Part shown: positions 47,496 through 61,289 of the stretch, in pieces | How positions within the stretch are numbered: the first letter of the stretch is position 1 | How the letters are laid out: each line of letters begins with the position of its first letter | Source: Camelus dromedarius | Taxonomy: Eukaryota | Length of the DNA stretch: 64,000 bases | Direction: 5' to 3' | Assembly (NCBI RefSeq): GCF_036321535.1 | Contig: NC_087472.1 | Span: forward strand, 101,496,001-101,560,000 | The notes under the pieces: generated by a model | Databases searched by the model: none | What the model saw: the letters and a program-made list of their open reading frames with translations, nothing else | What the model was told of the DNA's origin: nothing | Program-made: the position numbers and the translations under genes

Positions 47496-50400
47496 ATGAA
47501 ACCATTTCTCGATGGACAGGAGACACGCACCTGGGTGAAGAGGACAGCGGATCACTCTTCTCGACAGCACAAAGCCACCTGCACCAATCAGTAACTGTGA
47601 GTGTACATTTAACATAGATCTGCCAGGTGGCCCAGCACACTGGGGTCTGAAGCGGTGCTAACAAGAGATTGATTACGGCATGCCTGCTTTTAAACTTAAA
47701 ACTCTTTCTTTCACTTCTTGCAATTAGTATGTATCCAGCTGTTAACTGTGAACACAGACAGGAGGGAAACCAGTTGCGAGACTGGGGTTTTTTCTTGTTT
47801 TTTGTTTTGTTTTGTTTTGTTTTTATCACCAGGCCCTCTGTGGATAGGGTTACAGTTTTAGCTGGTCCTGTACCGTACACCCAGAATGGATTTTCTTTTT
47901 CCTGCTCTTTGCCTGTGTTGTTAAAATTTCTTTTTCAAAGTGTGACAAGATGGTAAATAAGCAAGTAGTTGTTTCTCATGAAGCTGACTAGTTCCATTCC
48001 CTCGCACCAACCCGATCCCATCCTTTCAGCTGCTATGTGCTGCAGTCTTTTTCCATTTTTACTCCCCTAGTGGGTTTTTGGCCATGTTTCCTGAGCCTGA
48101 CATGTGTAATTCCAGTTTCCAGTACAACCAACGCAAATGTGCCTAGGGACTAGCACTTCCCCTTCAGTGGATGTCTTTTTCTCTTCATGTTTGGGGCTGT
48201 TTCTGCTGCCCCTGCAGTGCCAGGCAGCCTTTCTACACCAGCCAGCAGGGACCCCACCTTCACAGTGTACTGGGAAAAGCGGCTTCTTATCTGGCTTTGA
48301 GGGAACAGAATTCTCCATTTGCCCTTTAGAAGCAAGTGCTTAAAGCTGAATGACGTATAGGTAGAAAGGAAAGCATCTGTAGCCTGTAATCACATTATAC
48401 ACATCAAGCTGCAAATTTCTCTGTGTTGTATCTGGAGATGCCCTTTTCTCTTTGGATGTCGGCTCTGGTTGGGTGGGAAATGCTGGCTCCACCGCCATCC
48501 CTGGGTGTTGAGCCACCGTAGGCCAGCCCCCCACCCCGGCCCCAGAACAGGCTTCTTCTCCCACCCCAGCCACACCCATCCGTGAGCCTTGCCAGGCGTT
48601 GTCCTCGCTGGGGTCTTTGGAGAGAGGTCTCACGGTGGGGACTGGCTGTCGCGTTGGGAGACACAGAGTGTTGTGTTGGGACCAGGGTTGTGCTACTGGG
48701 GGCAGTAACCCCCTCTGCCTGCCCCCCTTGCCAGCCTTTGATGGAAACCAGAATCTACTGGGCCAGGGATTCAGGATAAGTGCAAAGGACATGCTGCTGC
48801 AGCCAGAGCAAGTCTAGGGTTCCCTGGTGGCTCATTTCCACACTCTCTTCCTAGTCAGGAGTTTGCAGCCTTTCACACAAACCTTAAGTAAGAACCATCA
48901 TCCTGGAACCGTGGTTCCTGATCTGAGGCACATGACACCCCAGGGTGCATAGGCCCATCAGACTCTCAGGCCCCATCATTGTTCTGCTGAAGTCCACAAG
49001 CCATTCTCTCCCCGGCCTCACTGCTGTTGCCAGCCAACCTACTGCCAGCTTTCAGCCAGGCAGGATTTCCATCAGGCTTTTGCTCATGACTTAATTTCCC
49101 TTCTCTTCTCAAAAAAATGTTTTGGCCAACTAGCCTGAAGAACAGCTTTTCAGAGTCTTTTAGGAAATATAATTAGTTCCCAGGAATGTTGATATTTACT
49201 CAGACTTGTCAAGATGGCTTCAGTTGGCTTCAGTTCAGAAATGATAAAAAATTGGAACAAATTACAAAGATCCGTATTTAGGGGTGGTGTTCCTCCTGGT
49301 AAGGTAAAACCTAGTTGGTCTAGAGGGGGAAAAAAAGAAAGATTTAAAGAGGATACAGTTACTACCCTAACCAAGGAAGTCCTTGACAGTGAGTAGAAAA
49401 TTTTAAAGTGAGGTCAAAGATTTGTTTAGATTCAGAGGCAAAACTCTCACACTTTAAGCATGAAAAAATATGTCTGCAATGATGAAAACCCCAAACTCCA
49501 AAAAGAAGGAAGGAGGGAAGTGGGGAAGGTTGCCAATTCCTGAGAGACTATGTCAATATAGTCATTATCTTTATAAGTAGCCTAATTAATAAAACAAAGC
49601 AGGAAAGGATTTAGATTTCACTTTACAAGTGAGAAAATAGAGGCTCAGAAGAGTTTTCTACTTCCAGTTTTTAAAGCATCAACAACTCAAAAATATGTAC
49701 TTTGCAATGATTCTTAAATACTGGGTTTGAAGCCCAATGAACCCACAGGAATTTGGATCCTTTGGGGGCAAAAAACCAGTACGAATTAGTGAAGGGTCGG
49801 AATTACAGATTTTTTTCCAATTATTTTCAAGACCATTCCAGTTAACTGGAATGCCCAGAGCACTTGGCACAATGGTAAAGGGGAGATTTCAAGCTGAGGG
49901 TGAGGATGCCAAGCCTCTAAAAGCCACACTCAAAAGCTGCTAAGCTGAAAACTTTAACAGCAGGGGAAAAAGCGTTAGAGATCCTTCTGGCTGACTTTAC
50001 TCCTCGTTAAATAAAAAAAGGCAATTTTCCAGAACAGCTCACTACCACCAGGTCAAATAACTAACCTCCCACATCAGGGGAACAAAACAGAGTGTATCTG
50101 AGGTCTTTAGGGTGGCATTTTAATAAATTGAGATTTTATTTTAATGAACAAATTGGTTATTTTGTAGTACATAATATATATGAGTACCTGAAAGAACTAG
50201 TTCCAAAATACTGCAAATAATCCATCTGCAACTGTTATTAGACCAGGGGATTTTCACACAAAGTGAGATTTTTTTAGCTCTGCTCTGCCAAAATTATGAA
50301 CAAGTTCAAGTTAAAGGAGATGAACTGTTGAGGTTTACTATATTAACCCGACTCGGAGGTTATTTTCCATCCAACTATATTCTATATAGACAGGCAAATA

Positions 50401-50726
50401 AAAGTGTAGGCTCGCACTGCAGATAATGATGATAAAGGTCACCTGGAGCCTGTCCTCCACCTGCTAAATCATTTCTTTACAAATGTAAGTTTTGATAACC
50501 CAGTCAATTAGTCGGAATGCCATGAGACCCTTTCCATCGGTAGCGCATGCTGCCAGTCCTGAATGGTGTCAGGAATTCAGTTTTATTTATAACTCTTCAA
50601 ATAAGGAACTTGAAAAGATTTTTTCAATGCAGAAATTTTCATTAGGACACATTTCAAGCCATATTAAGAACCACCACAATGAACAGACCAGATTCTTTGA
50701 GAGTAGGGACTGAATCTTATGTATCT

Positions 50727-50948
50727 CAAGGTCTCTCCACCTCGGCACTATTGGCATCTGGGGCTGGGTGGTTCTCTGCTGTGGGCGCTGTCCTGTGCAT
50801 GGTAGGATGTTCTAGCAGCTCCTCTGGTGTCTACCCGTGAGATGCCAGTAGCACCCCTCCCCCTGCCCCAATTGTGACAAGAAAAATGTCTCCAGACATT
50901 GCCAAGAGTCCCCTGGGGGAAAAGTCACCCCTGGCTGAGAACTACTAC
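50727..50948 (-). mobile_element. MER20, full length, apparently inserted in an L2 3' end
   Basis: cctcggcactattggcatctggggc...gatgccagtagcacc...ttgtgacaagaaaaatgtctccagacattgccaa...ggctgagaactact; the flanks resemble an L2 terminus. Confidence 0.85.
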
Positions 50949-53089
50949 TGTGTCTCTAGGATCTGTCTAACACCTGGACCACAGCAGGAGCTCAAAATTC
51001 TTTGAAGAATGAATTTAATCAAGAAACAGAGAGCGTAGCTCTGGTCTCTGGTGCCCTACTCGTATTTTCTGGTTTACTAACTCGAGGCTGATCTGACTAG
51101 GAAACTATTACTGGGAACCTCCATTCATCCATCCAAAGGGCCATCACTCATCCAGCATATAACAGGGCCTTCTAGAAGTTTCTCCCTAGTAAACAGGGTT
51201 CAGCAAGACTACTCCCCCTCAGAGAAAGGTGAGGCACTCACTCAGCCAGTTCTGAAAGGTTACCTCATGATTTTACCCACACCATGAAACTGGAAGGACC
51301 CATTATCCAAAACTCACCCCATGATGACTGTTCATCAGTCTTATTTCCAAGAGCAGCATGACCCAGGAATTTACAAACACAGCCAAGAAGTTGGGTGTGT
51401 TTTTCCCCCTCAGGTTTTACCTAAGTCCTTGCTGTAATCAAGCCCAGTTTTTTGTTTGTCCTTAATGGAAACGAAGGCCAAATCTCCTTTTAGTAGTTTC
51501 CTATTTAAACACCAGATCTTTTCGCAGCCTCCTTCCCTTCCCATCTCCTCTCGCACTCTCTCAGCTCCTACTTTATACTCCCTTTTTCACCTTGGCTGCT
51601 CTTTCCCCAGTTTCCCCATCATATGGTCTAACGACCTCTGAACTCAGAATTAGGGGACCAGTTTCCCAGCCATCATTCCCTCCTCTGGAAGGGAAGTTGG
51701 GCCCCCTCTGGCAAAACAGTCAAGGATCCAAGGCTCCATCCCAGCACCATCCTCGCAATGCAGAAACTCAGCCCCTGATTACAGAATGTCAGCAGGTGTT
51801 AGCCCCCAACGTGGCCACAATGGCACTGGAGACAATTGAAGTGTTGAAGTGCCCCAGGGAATTCAGTCTTCCTTGAGGCCAGACCAGCACTCAAGTTAAC
51901 AGGTTTTTTTTGTTAACAAGCGATTTTTTTTCTAAATGCAGCTTTATGATTTCAAGTACTGCACTCATGGCAACCAGCTAACAAGGTCTTGCCTGGCAGA
52001 AGTCCTTGGGGGAATCGTCTTAACACAGGGATAACATTGTTTGTAAAGAGGGTATCAACTCTTTGTAAGTGAATGGTGCTCCTAACGTACTTGAGAGTGG
52101 GTGAGAACAGTCTGTTTTCTTTGTGTGGCTGGGGAATGCCACCAGGCAGGCAGTGGGCGAACCAGATAATGGACGGCTAATTCTTTAAGCTCCGAGACAT
52201 TTTATTGCAACTGTTTTCAATGGGAATCTTTTCAAAATGCATCAAGCATCTGGCAGAGGAAACCCTTCCTTGACTCGGTCATTGTTCTGGCATTGCTGCC
52301 TGGCCTGGGCTGGAAGGCCACGATGCCCCCAGGCCGCCAGGGAAGGAGAGCTGTTTGTCTCCGGCAGTGCTGACTCTCTGGTCCCCAGCACCTCCTCCAG
52401 GCTGGTGCCTTTCTTCTTTTTCATTCAAAACAAATCTTTCCCAAATGTGTCCCTTCTCAGTGTCCATGACAGCAGGGGATCCTGGACAACAACTGCTGGC
52501 CAACTGGTTCTCATCCACAAGCTGACCCATAGCAGGAAAGGTCCCCACTCCCTTAGCAAGTGTCTCCTCTCTGTCCTGCAAGGCCCTGCCCCCATGCTGC
52601 CTCTGGGAAGATATCCCCAGCGCCTTTCCTCCCTCTCCGTGCTCCCCTGAGCCCCACTGCAGGGGAGTGACACTGCTAGGGAAGGCTCTCCAAGTAGAAG
52701 TGGCTGCCCGGTCCTCAGCTCTTGGCCCACGGCGGCGCGGTGCAGAGGAGCCTGGAGAGCCTCGGCAAGTGCTTACTGAGTTGAAACAGAGTGCCTTCTT
52801 CACTCTTTACCACTTCGTGGCTCTGGGGGCCCCTGCCCTGGGCTTGGCTACTGTCAGGCCCTTCGGCTTTGGGCCTGACCTGGATCTTGATTGAAGGTGA
52901 TCTGTGCAAGCCCGAGACCAACAGGGCTTTGTGTTTTAGACGTGCACTCCCTGCCCCCTCGCCCCCCGCCTGTTTATTTACTCTTTACACCGTCTCTTGT
53001 TGCCACTGTGAAGGTTAAAATCCCGCAGAGCCCGCTTGAGACACTGCAAATTTCCAAATTAATGAAGTTTTAATCAATGTTTCACTTAA

Positions 53090-53259
53090 GTTCCTTCTTT
53101 CTCCCTCCCTCCTTCCCTCTCCCTCCTTCCCTCTCTTCCCTTCCTCCCTTTCTTTCTTCCTCCCTTTCTTTCTTTCTTCCCTTTCTTCCTCCCTTTCTTC
53201 CTTCCTTTCTCCCTCCCTTTCTTTCTTTATTTCCCTTTTCTTTTTCTTTTTTTTTTTTT
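53090..53259. repeat. Long polypyrimidine (CT-rich) tract
   Basis: About 170 bp of almost pure C/T ending in poly-T. Confidence 0.9.
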
Positions 53260-53299
53260 AAATTCCAGCAGTGCTGCCTCTGTGGAATTTTCCAAGTGA

Positions 53300-54610
53300 C
53301 AATAATTACGCAGGGAGCCCTGGCTGCCTCTCCAACCTCACCTTCCTGGCCCTGCAGAGCTGGGGGGTGCTGGTACCCGCGTCTCCCTCCTTAGATTTCC
53401 GGACACGCCTTGTCCTCATCCTCTTGTCGCTTTTGCTGCCTCTTCCTTTGGCCCCTCCCCAGATGCTGATGCTGACGCTCCCCATCTTTCTCCCTCCACC
53501 CTCCATCGCTGACTCTGTTCTGGGCCCAGAGCTCTTCCTGTTCCTGCGCTCTCCTGCGGTGACCTCAACCTTCTCCTAGTTGTTTCCAACATCTTTATTG
53601 TGTTTATGCCTCCATCTCTAGCCCCGACTTCTCCTTCTCTCTATCGCTTTTCATTCTCTCTCTCTCTCCCTCCAAACTCAGATACCCAAGGTCCAACCTG
53701 CCATCTTCACAGGGAGGTCATAGAGGTACCTCAGGCTCATCATCTGCCAAACTTAACTCAGCATCTCCCTTCCTCCCCCTTGGCCCAGACCCCACCATGC
53801 TGCCCTGCTCTACTGCCGCCCTCTTCCTGGTTGCCCAGTGGGAAACGTGGACGTGTCCTCCACGACTCCTCCCTCACCTTCACCTCCCGCGTGCCCTGTC
53901 TTGCTGACCTTGCCTCCTCGGGATTCCTCAAGTCCATTATTCCTTTCCTCCACACTTCTTGTCCTTGACTCAGCCCACATCACCCTTTGCCTCAACTTTG
54001 GAAATGGCCTCAGAACTGGGTAAGCCCGAGCCTCCATTTTCAGCCCCCGCCCCAGATCTCTCTTTTATACTTTCACTGGAATAGTTTTGGTAAAAATCAA
54101 GTCTGACCATGTCATCCTGCTGCATAAAAGCGTTTGGTGTTGGATGCACCCTGCTACCCCGCCGAGGCCTCCCATGCCAGGCCTCCTGAGATCGGCCCCA
54201 GACCACCTCTGTGGCTGGAGCTCCACGCGTCGCCCTCATGTGTAAGCTCCAGGAATACGGAAGGTTGACGGTCCCCAGCACAAGCCTCTGTGGTTCTACT
54301 CTTGAGTGCCCTGTCACTCTTTCCCCATCTTCTTACTCTGTCTAATCCTTTAAGATTTAGCTCCAAACAACACCTCCTTCAGAAAGCTTTCCACGACTGC
54401 TCTAGCAATAGCTAAGGGCCGTCTCCTGCCCTCCCATAGCGACACATGCATAAGAATATCGTCTTGTCCGCCTCATTTGATTGGAAATATGCCTCTGTCC
54501 ACCCCACTACACCATAAACTAGAGCCAGGGTCAAGGCCACTGCATGTCATATGCCTAGCACAGTGCTTGGCATTTAGGGGACCCGCAATAAATGTGTGTG
54601 GACTGAACTG
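53300..54610 (+). mobile_element. Fragmented L2 (ORF2 3' part through the terminus)
   Basis: ccatctctagcccc...ctccaaactcagatac...tccaacctgcc...gtctgaccatgtcatcctgctgcataaaag...gcctagcacagtgcttggca...caataaatgt. Confidence 0.7.
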
Positions 54611-54879
54611 AGCCCTTCTTAAACGAATCAGTACAGCCTGTGGAAATCCAGATATACAGAAATATCTGCAATCTATAATTCACTTTGTAAAAAAAAAAAA
54701 AGATGTACTGATGGATTCTTTTAAAGCATATGGTTCCTGATGCTTCAAAAGAAGGTGGATTCTTCAAATGTGGTTTCTGCACTTTTCTAGAAATATACTT
54801 AGGACATACGGCAATCCATAGTTAAAATCTCATCAGTGGTGTACAAGGAAAATGTTTTGGCATGTACCTCCTCAGACTT

Positions 54880-55040
54880 TGTGGATTTATTTGTAAGTTA
54901 CAGACATGGACCATAAAAGCATAGATTATAAAATATGTGCAAAAATCAAAATTTTCAAAGAATGAAACAAATATAAAGAGGTTCAATATTTTCTTTCTTC
55001 ACCCCAGTTCGTCATCTTATGTACATACCCCACTGGGTTA
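54880..55040. mobile_element. MER113-like hAT fragment (a similar fragment may lie at about 37255-37430)
   Basis: aaaattttcaaagaatgaaac...gaggttcaatattttctttcttcaccccag...catcttatgtacatacccc. Confidence 0.45.
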
Positions 55041-55231
55041 TCATGAAATGAAAATATTCTAAACCTTTCAGCTGAATGAATGAACCTTTAAATCCAGGCA
55101 ATGCTCTGTCTTGAAATGTGGAAAATACCCAGGCACAAGATGTTTCTGTATCAGCATTAGGAACAGTTGGTGACACTACACCTGTGACACAGGGGGTGAC
55201 TGGGGACCCTGGGTCGAAGTTAGTACCAGTT

Positions 55232-55420
55232 TTAGAGCTGCAGAGTCTGGGTTAAGTTCCCACCTCCGCCTCCTCCTGGCTGTATGACTTCAGGCAAGTC
55301 ACTTAACCTCTCCACCCCCATTTCCTGATCTGTAAAATGGGAGTGAGACAGTATCCTCGAGTACGAGTACGCACATGCGGGGCCCCAAGCACAGAGCGCT
55401 TCATAAATGAGTTCCTATTA
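55232..55420 (+). mobile_element. MIR SINE
   Basis: ctgggttaagttcccacctccgcc...ggctgtatgacttcaggcaagtcacttaacctctc...tttcctgatctgtaaaatggg. Confidence 0.85.
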
Positions 55421-57624
55421 TACTTGTTTACCGATAGTAACAGAGGAGTGAGGCCAACACAGTGCAGGTCGTGGAAATGCCTGATTTACAAAGCCTTTCA
55501 CTGCAGCTAGTATATTTTTAGATTCCACTTTGCCCCGCATAGATGGGTTTCTAGCCAGGCACTGCTCTGCTCCTCCAGACTACTGATGAATAGCTGAAGC
55601 GACATAAATGTCATCTCATTGTCCCTTTGGCCTGAGAGAAGGGTTGATCTCTCCAACATCAGCTGGAAAATGGACGAGTTAGAAAAGGAGAAAAAGAGAC
55701 GAGACTGGGAGAAAAAACTTCGAGGGCAAGATCTCTGTTTTGGGTTCGTCGTCTGTAAAACCGTGAGTCAGGTGCCTTTCATGTGGGGGCTGATGATACC
55801 AGGCACATGCCCAGGGCCTGTAAGTGGGAGGGGAACATGGTCACCATTCCCTTCCTCTCCTGCGGTGGACAGGCCCCCAGGGTGGGCATGGGGGTGGGGG
55901 GGGGGACAGGCTGTGTCCAGAGGCTGCCACCCAGCCCCAGGGCCCACTGCAGGCCATGCCCCAGGGGAGGCTTCGTAGTGGGCCCATGGGCCTGTGCAGC
56001 CCCATAAGCCTGCAGCCTGGTGAGCAGGGCGACGGGCCCTTATGCCCAGGAAACCTTAAAAAGCTATATACTCCCTTTATCAAACCCTTCCTATAAATTT
56101 CTGATGTCTCAGAGAAGAGAAATCTACTATTCGAGTTAGAAATATAAATTCGCTTGACAAGAGATAACAGCAGTTTCTATTGTCAATGAGAGAGTTTTCT
56201 TGGGTGCCCTTGAAACACAATCTCCCACGTGGGCAACCTTTCAGGAACACAGCTACTAAATACACCCGGGGCAACTGTGTTTGAAATAAGTACAGAAAAG
56301 GATTTCGGAGTTGAGTATAGAAAAGGAATCACTCATCCTGTGTAAGAGCTGCTGACCTCTCCAGCACAGGAAGAGGAGCCTTTGTAGCAAAAAAAAAAAA
56401 AAAAAAAAAAAAATCATCTAAAAGTCAAAACAGCTGCTTCTCTGCGCCCTGGCCCCACGCCGTCTGAGCCGAGGGACAGCGCCCTCTGCCGGCAGCCACG
56501 GCGACAACAGGGCCCTCCCGCACGGAGTGGTCGGGACACAGGCACCCGGCTAGTGTCTGGAGGAAGCTGGTTTGAGGGCATCTTAGATCATGCATGGAAG
56601 GATCCAGGCTGAAAATCCTCAAGGGCCCAGGTTTTCAGGAAGGAGCCTCCTCACCCTCTAGTAACAGAAAACTGTGTTCCAGGAAGCCAGGGAGAGGCTC
56701 TCCGGCCCAGGCCTTTCCAGCTTCTCTTACAGGTGGAAATAGGAGCGGAGGTACGCCGTTTGCTGCACAGTGTATGGAGCTGAGCCACGACCTCGACGTT
56801 CGTGGGGATGAGAAAAATAGAGCTGAGAAAGGTTGGTGGGGCTCTGGGGATGCAACAGAGAGGACAATGGAAAGAGCGGTCCTCAAGGGAGCTGGAAGAG
56901 GAAGGGTGGGCGAGCTGTGGAGCCCAGACTCCAGCCACTGCCCCTGAGGGAGGGCGGCCAGGGCACTAGTCACTGTTCCCAACCCTGGCTGCACCCAGAA
57001 TCGCCGGGGGAGCTGTAACAGCTTCTGAAGGGCCCAGCTCTGCTCTCCATGCAGTGCCCAGCACAGAAGTGGTGACCAGCTGTGTTCTCTTTGTAAAGAT
57101 GGAAAGGCCCAAGGAGGCACAGAGCACAGCCTGCGTCCCAGTGGTTGTGAAACTGGATCCCTTCCACTGGCTCCTTGACACCGAGATGGGGGGTGGGGGG
57201 AGAGGGGAGTTGGGGGGTTGGGGGATGAGAGTGGGGGGGTGTGTGTGAGAGAAGAGGGGAAAGGGAAGAACAGGCTGCGATGGGGGCGGAGAACAGGAAA
57301 GACCCTCGAGGAAGGACACGGGGTAAATAAAAGCCAACCCCTCTGTGTTTTCATATATTTAAGCCTACATTTTAAAATTGGGAGCTTTCACATTAAAATC
57401 GGCTTTTGAAAAATTAGAAGAACTGTCACCTAAGACTCAAAATCTTGCATGGCAACAGGTGGGCTGCAGCCAGACGAAGCCCCTCCCAGTCACCTGGGCA
57501 CACCTAGGTGCCACCCCCAGCCAGCTCCTCCCAGTGAAGCCACCCACCTGGCCCAGCCCCGGAGCATGTCTGCAATCATTTTAGCCTGAAAAAATGTTTA
57601 AAGCCTTGGGGTAGAAACAATGTT

Positions 57625-57925
57625 AGGTGTTCATCAGATCTTCCATTTTCTTCTTCCTCTTCTTGGGAAAACCACTCTACCCAGCTCTCTTGCACATAAG
57701 GAGGGCCACGTAACTAGTTTTCCCAGTGGGCTCTGAGTAGGAGTGCCGCACGTCACCTCTGAGCAACCAGAACATTCTCGGAGGCCATGTGTTACATGGG
57801 CAGAGTCACACAAAAGAAGCAGTAGCTGTGGCGAATCAGACTGCCTGGGAGAAAAGCAAAGCCGCTGAGATCTCAGGGCTTGTTTGTTACTGCAGCAGAG
57901 CATAAGTTTATGCTGAACGATCTAA
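57625..57925 (+). mobile_element. MLT1-type LTR fragment
   Basis: cccagctctcttgca...gggccacgtaactagttt...gtcacctctgagc...aagccgctgagatctcagggcttgtttgttactgcagca. Confidence 0.65.
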
Positions 57926-58859
57926 GTGTAGTGACCAAAACCGCATCTCAGTCAGGCAGTTTACTTGTTATTACATTACAGAATAATAAAGCTTAAAAAT
58001 CCTTCACACTATTGTCATGAGAGTATCCATTCAGCAGGTAATCAGGGAACTATACACATTTGGCAGTGTCCGGAGTGGAACTCAGTGCTGACTGCCGCCG
58101 CTGCCCACCCGCCCATAGTTAGTTCCCTGATGGGGGGACGCTCACATGTCACTGACTGGCTTGAGCATTTCAGGAAGGGATTATAGCCGGACACTCTTTT
58201 CCAGACCAGAGTCATTCCTTGTGTTCCTGCACTTTTTCTAACAGAAACAGTGCTATTGTTTCACCAGCATTCACGCTAACATCTGAAATACACTGGTATA
58301 AAAATGAATGAAGCGAGATGCAGCACTGGACACCAGTAAGCCTCACTTAATGAACGCTTCTGAATGGTGATACTCATGTGCTGGTTATACATTATAGGTC
58401 CATTTTCCATGTAGAAACAAGATATATACTCATGTTTAGGAAAAGTAAGCAACATCAAAGTATTTTTAAAGGACTAAAAGGAAAAAAAGAAAAAGAAGAA
58501 CTCAATCTACACGTACAGACATAACTTCCCTGTAAAGCATATGCTGTAACTCCTTATTCTTCCTGGGACTTGACCTCATTCGGTCACTCACAAACATTGA
58601 ACACAAGTGAAAACAAGACCCCCGTACTCCTCAGGGAGAAGATCTAAAAATAACTACTGGAGCAGGATGCATGTATCAAATAGTTCTGGCAGCAAGAAGA
58701 AACTTTCCATATTTTCCTTTTCAGGGAAGAGCATTCACTCCTTCAAAATCTCACTGGGACTTGTGGCGAAGATTTTCACAATTCAGATTTGAGAGATCAG
58801 GACTTTAAACAGAATACTGCGTGTATGCAGGATGATATCAGGGAATTGTTAAGTTTGTA

Positions 58860-59775
58860 ATAAACTGAATTTTAGGACAGTTTTAAATTTACAGAAAAGT
58901 TGCTAAGATAGTAGAGAGAGCACCCATACCCATTTTCCCCTATTGTTAGTATCTCAGATTATGGTACACTTGCACAACTAATGAATCAGTATTGGTGTAT
59001 TATTATTCACTAAAGCACACGTATTCGCATTTCCTTGCTAGTCACCCTTTTCTGTTCCAGGATCCCATCCAGGATACCATATTACGTTTAGTCATCATGT
59101 CTCCTTGGGCTCCTCTGGGCTGTGACAGTTTCTCAGACTTTCCTTGTTTTTGATGACCTGGGCAGTTTTGAGGAGGACTGGTCAGGTATTTTGCAGAATG
59201 TTCTCCAGTTGGGACTTTTCTGATGATTTTCCTCATGATGAAACTGGAGTCATGGGTTTGGGGAGGAAAACCACAGAGGTAAGGTGCCATTCTCACCGCA
59301 GCATATCAAGGGTATGTACCATCAGTGTGATGACTTATTGTTGATGGTGACCCTGATCGCCTGGCTGAAGGAGTGGTGGTCAGGTCTCTCCACTGTAAGC
59401 TCCCTCTTTTCCCCCCTTTTCATACCGTCCTCTTGGGAAGGAAGTCTCGCTGCACAACACACACTTAAGGAGGTGGGGAGTAGCACCCCACCTCCTTGAG
59501 GGTGTGTCTGCATAATCTGGGATTCTTCTGCACAGATTTGTTTCTTCTCCGTTTGTTTATTCAGTCATTGGTTTACAGCTGTGTGGGCTCAGGGATATTT
59601 ATTTTATGCTTTGGGTTATAATCTAGTACTACATTGCTGCTCAAACAGTTACAGATTTGGTCACTGGGAGTTCTTTCAGTTGGTTCCTGTGTCCCTTTAA
59701 CATACGTCATCCTTTTGCTTTTTACGAGCCCATACTTCTGACGCTACAAGACTCATCTTGTATATTCTGTTTCAG
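58860..59775 (-). mobile_element. L1MB/L1MC-like 3' end (about 0.9 kb)
   Basis: tttacagaaaagttgc...ttttctgttccaggatcccatccaggatacca...gtgacagtttctcagactttccttgtttttgatgacct...ggaggaaaaccacagaggtaaggtgccattctca. Confidence 0.85.
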
Positions 59776-61289
59776 TCCTAGAATCGGCCATTTGTTCAAG
59801 GAGCCCTGGTTCTGCTGCTCACTACAGAATGGTGTTAAAATGATTAATTTTTAAAGTATGATAAATGGTATGGTCACTTTTTTAGTTTCTTTATCTTCTA
59901 GATATACATACGGACCTTTTTATAGATTAAACAATCTAACACATTTGCTTCAAAACAACGTGGAGATGGGACGTGTGGGTGGGAGTGTGGAGCTAACAAG
60001 ATAGGTTATGAACTAATCATTATTGAAGCTGGGTGATGTCCCTCTGAATATTCCTATTTTTACAAGTACTTGAAATGTACTACAATAAGCTTTTTTTTTA
60101 AGAAAGGAATAGTTGATAGAGCTAATATTTGCTCATTGAATCAGGTGACTTATAGGAGATACCAACAGCGAGCACAACTCTGACCTTCTATAGTTTTAAA
60201 TCCCAATTCCAAAGCAGGAAAAAGGGGGCTCCTAAATAGGAGAGAAAAGTATTAGCCTGGCTCAATAAAAATGGAACGGCCCAGCAACTGGTCTGCAGAC
60301 ATAAGATATAAATTGTCAGTAAGACATGGGACAGCACTGTTAAACTTGTTTTTAAGTGTTTACAGCTCATAGTTACATCTTCAAATCCTAGTCAACACAC
60401 GCAACACACTGACAGATTTATTGCAAGTACTTGGTTTGCGTTTTCGAGAAATCTTTCAGTATATTCATCAAGATTATGGACTCTTTCAGTTCTCCTACAG
60501 CAAGGTCCCAATCTCTGGCCTGTCTGCCTTGGCCACGAGAGGCCTGTGGATCAGCCATCTCCCATTACTGTTCACACATATCTGAGCTGCTCCCTGGTGG
60601 TGGTGGGGGAGCCACACTGCATTCATGGAGGACAAGCATCAATGTAAGTTCTTCTATTTTAAACTGGGAGATAGGCTGGAAATGGCCATTTTTTTTTTAA
60701 GAATTTTGCTTTTGTGTTCTTTTGTTCCTTCAATCGACATCTAAGTATCTATTATGTAGGAGATACTATGCTAAATCCTGGGAATACAAAAATAAAAGTT
60801 ATCAGCCCTGGAAATGCTCCTAAGAAAGAAATTTAGCATTTCTGAAATGGCATCTGGCAGCGAACTCAGGAAACAACAGACTAGGGGGCCCAGAAGAGAG
60901 AGAGGCGTGAGAGGTAGGATGCGTGGGACCAGGTGACCTCAGGGGTGCAGGGCTGTGGATGAGGAGCTGAGGTCAACACTGGCAGTCACTCTGCCAGGTG
61001 CCTGGCTGCATCCGTCGGTGAGGTGCTGTTAACAACGCAGGGACAGGAGAAGGGGAGCTCGGCAAAGGAAGGTGGGAAAAGATTCAGGTGTGGTGAGCAT
61101 GGGCTTGCAGGTGGAGACATCAGTAGACACTTGGATATGCAGGCCGAGAACTCAAGGAGAAAGTTCAGGAAAGAAGCTGTAGCTAGGAACGTAGGGGTGC
61201 TTATTGTTTTTCTTGTTAGCATTTCGGAAGTATCTCATTAACGTCTAATTTTACGGCCCAGACTGTAGCCTGCAGTAATTTTGTCTTCT

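Noticed and set aside
47145..47880. 156-196 aa ORFs downstream of RAI2
   Set aside because: They run through a MER20 and simple repeats and resemble no protein I recognise.
56389..56412. Poly-A run as a retrocopy tail
   Set aside because: No upstream SINE body, processed-gene sequence or TSD was recognised.
56635..57354. 239-aa minus-strand ORF
   Set aside because: GC-rich low-complexity sequence with no recognisable domain or exon structure.
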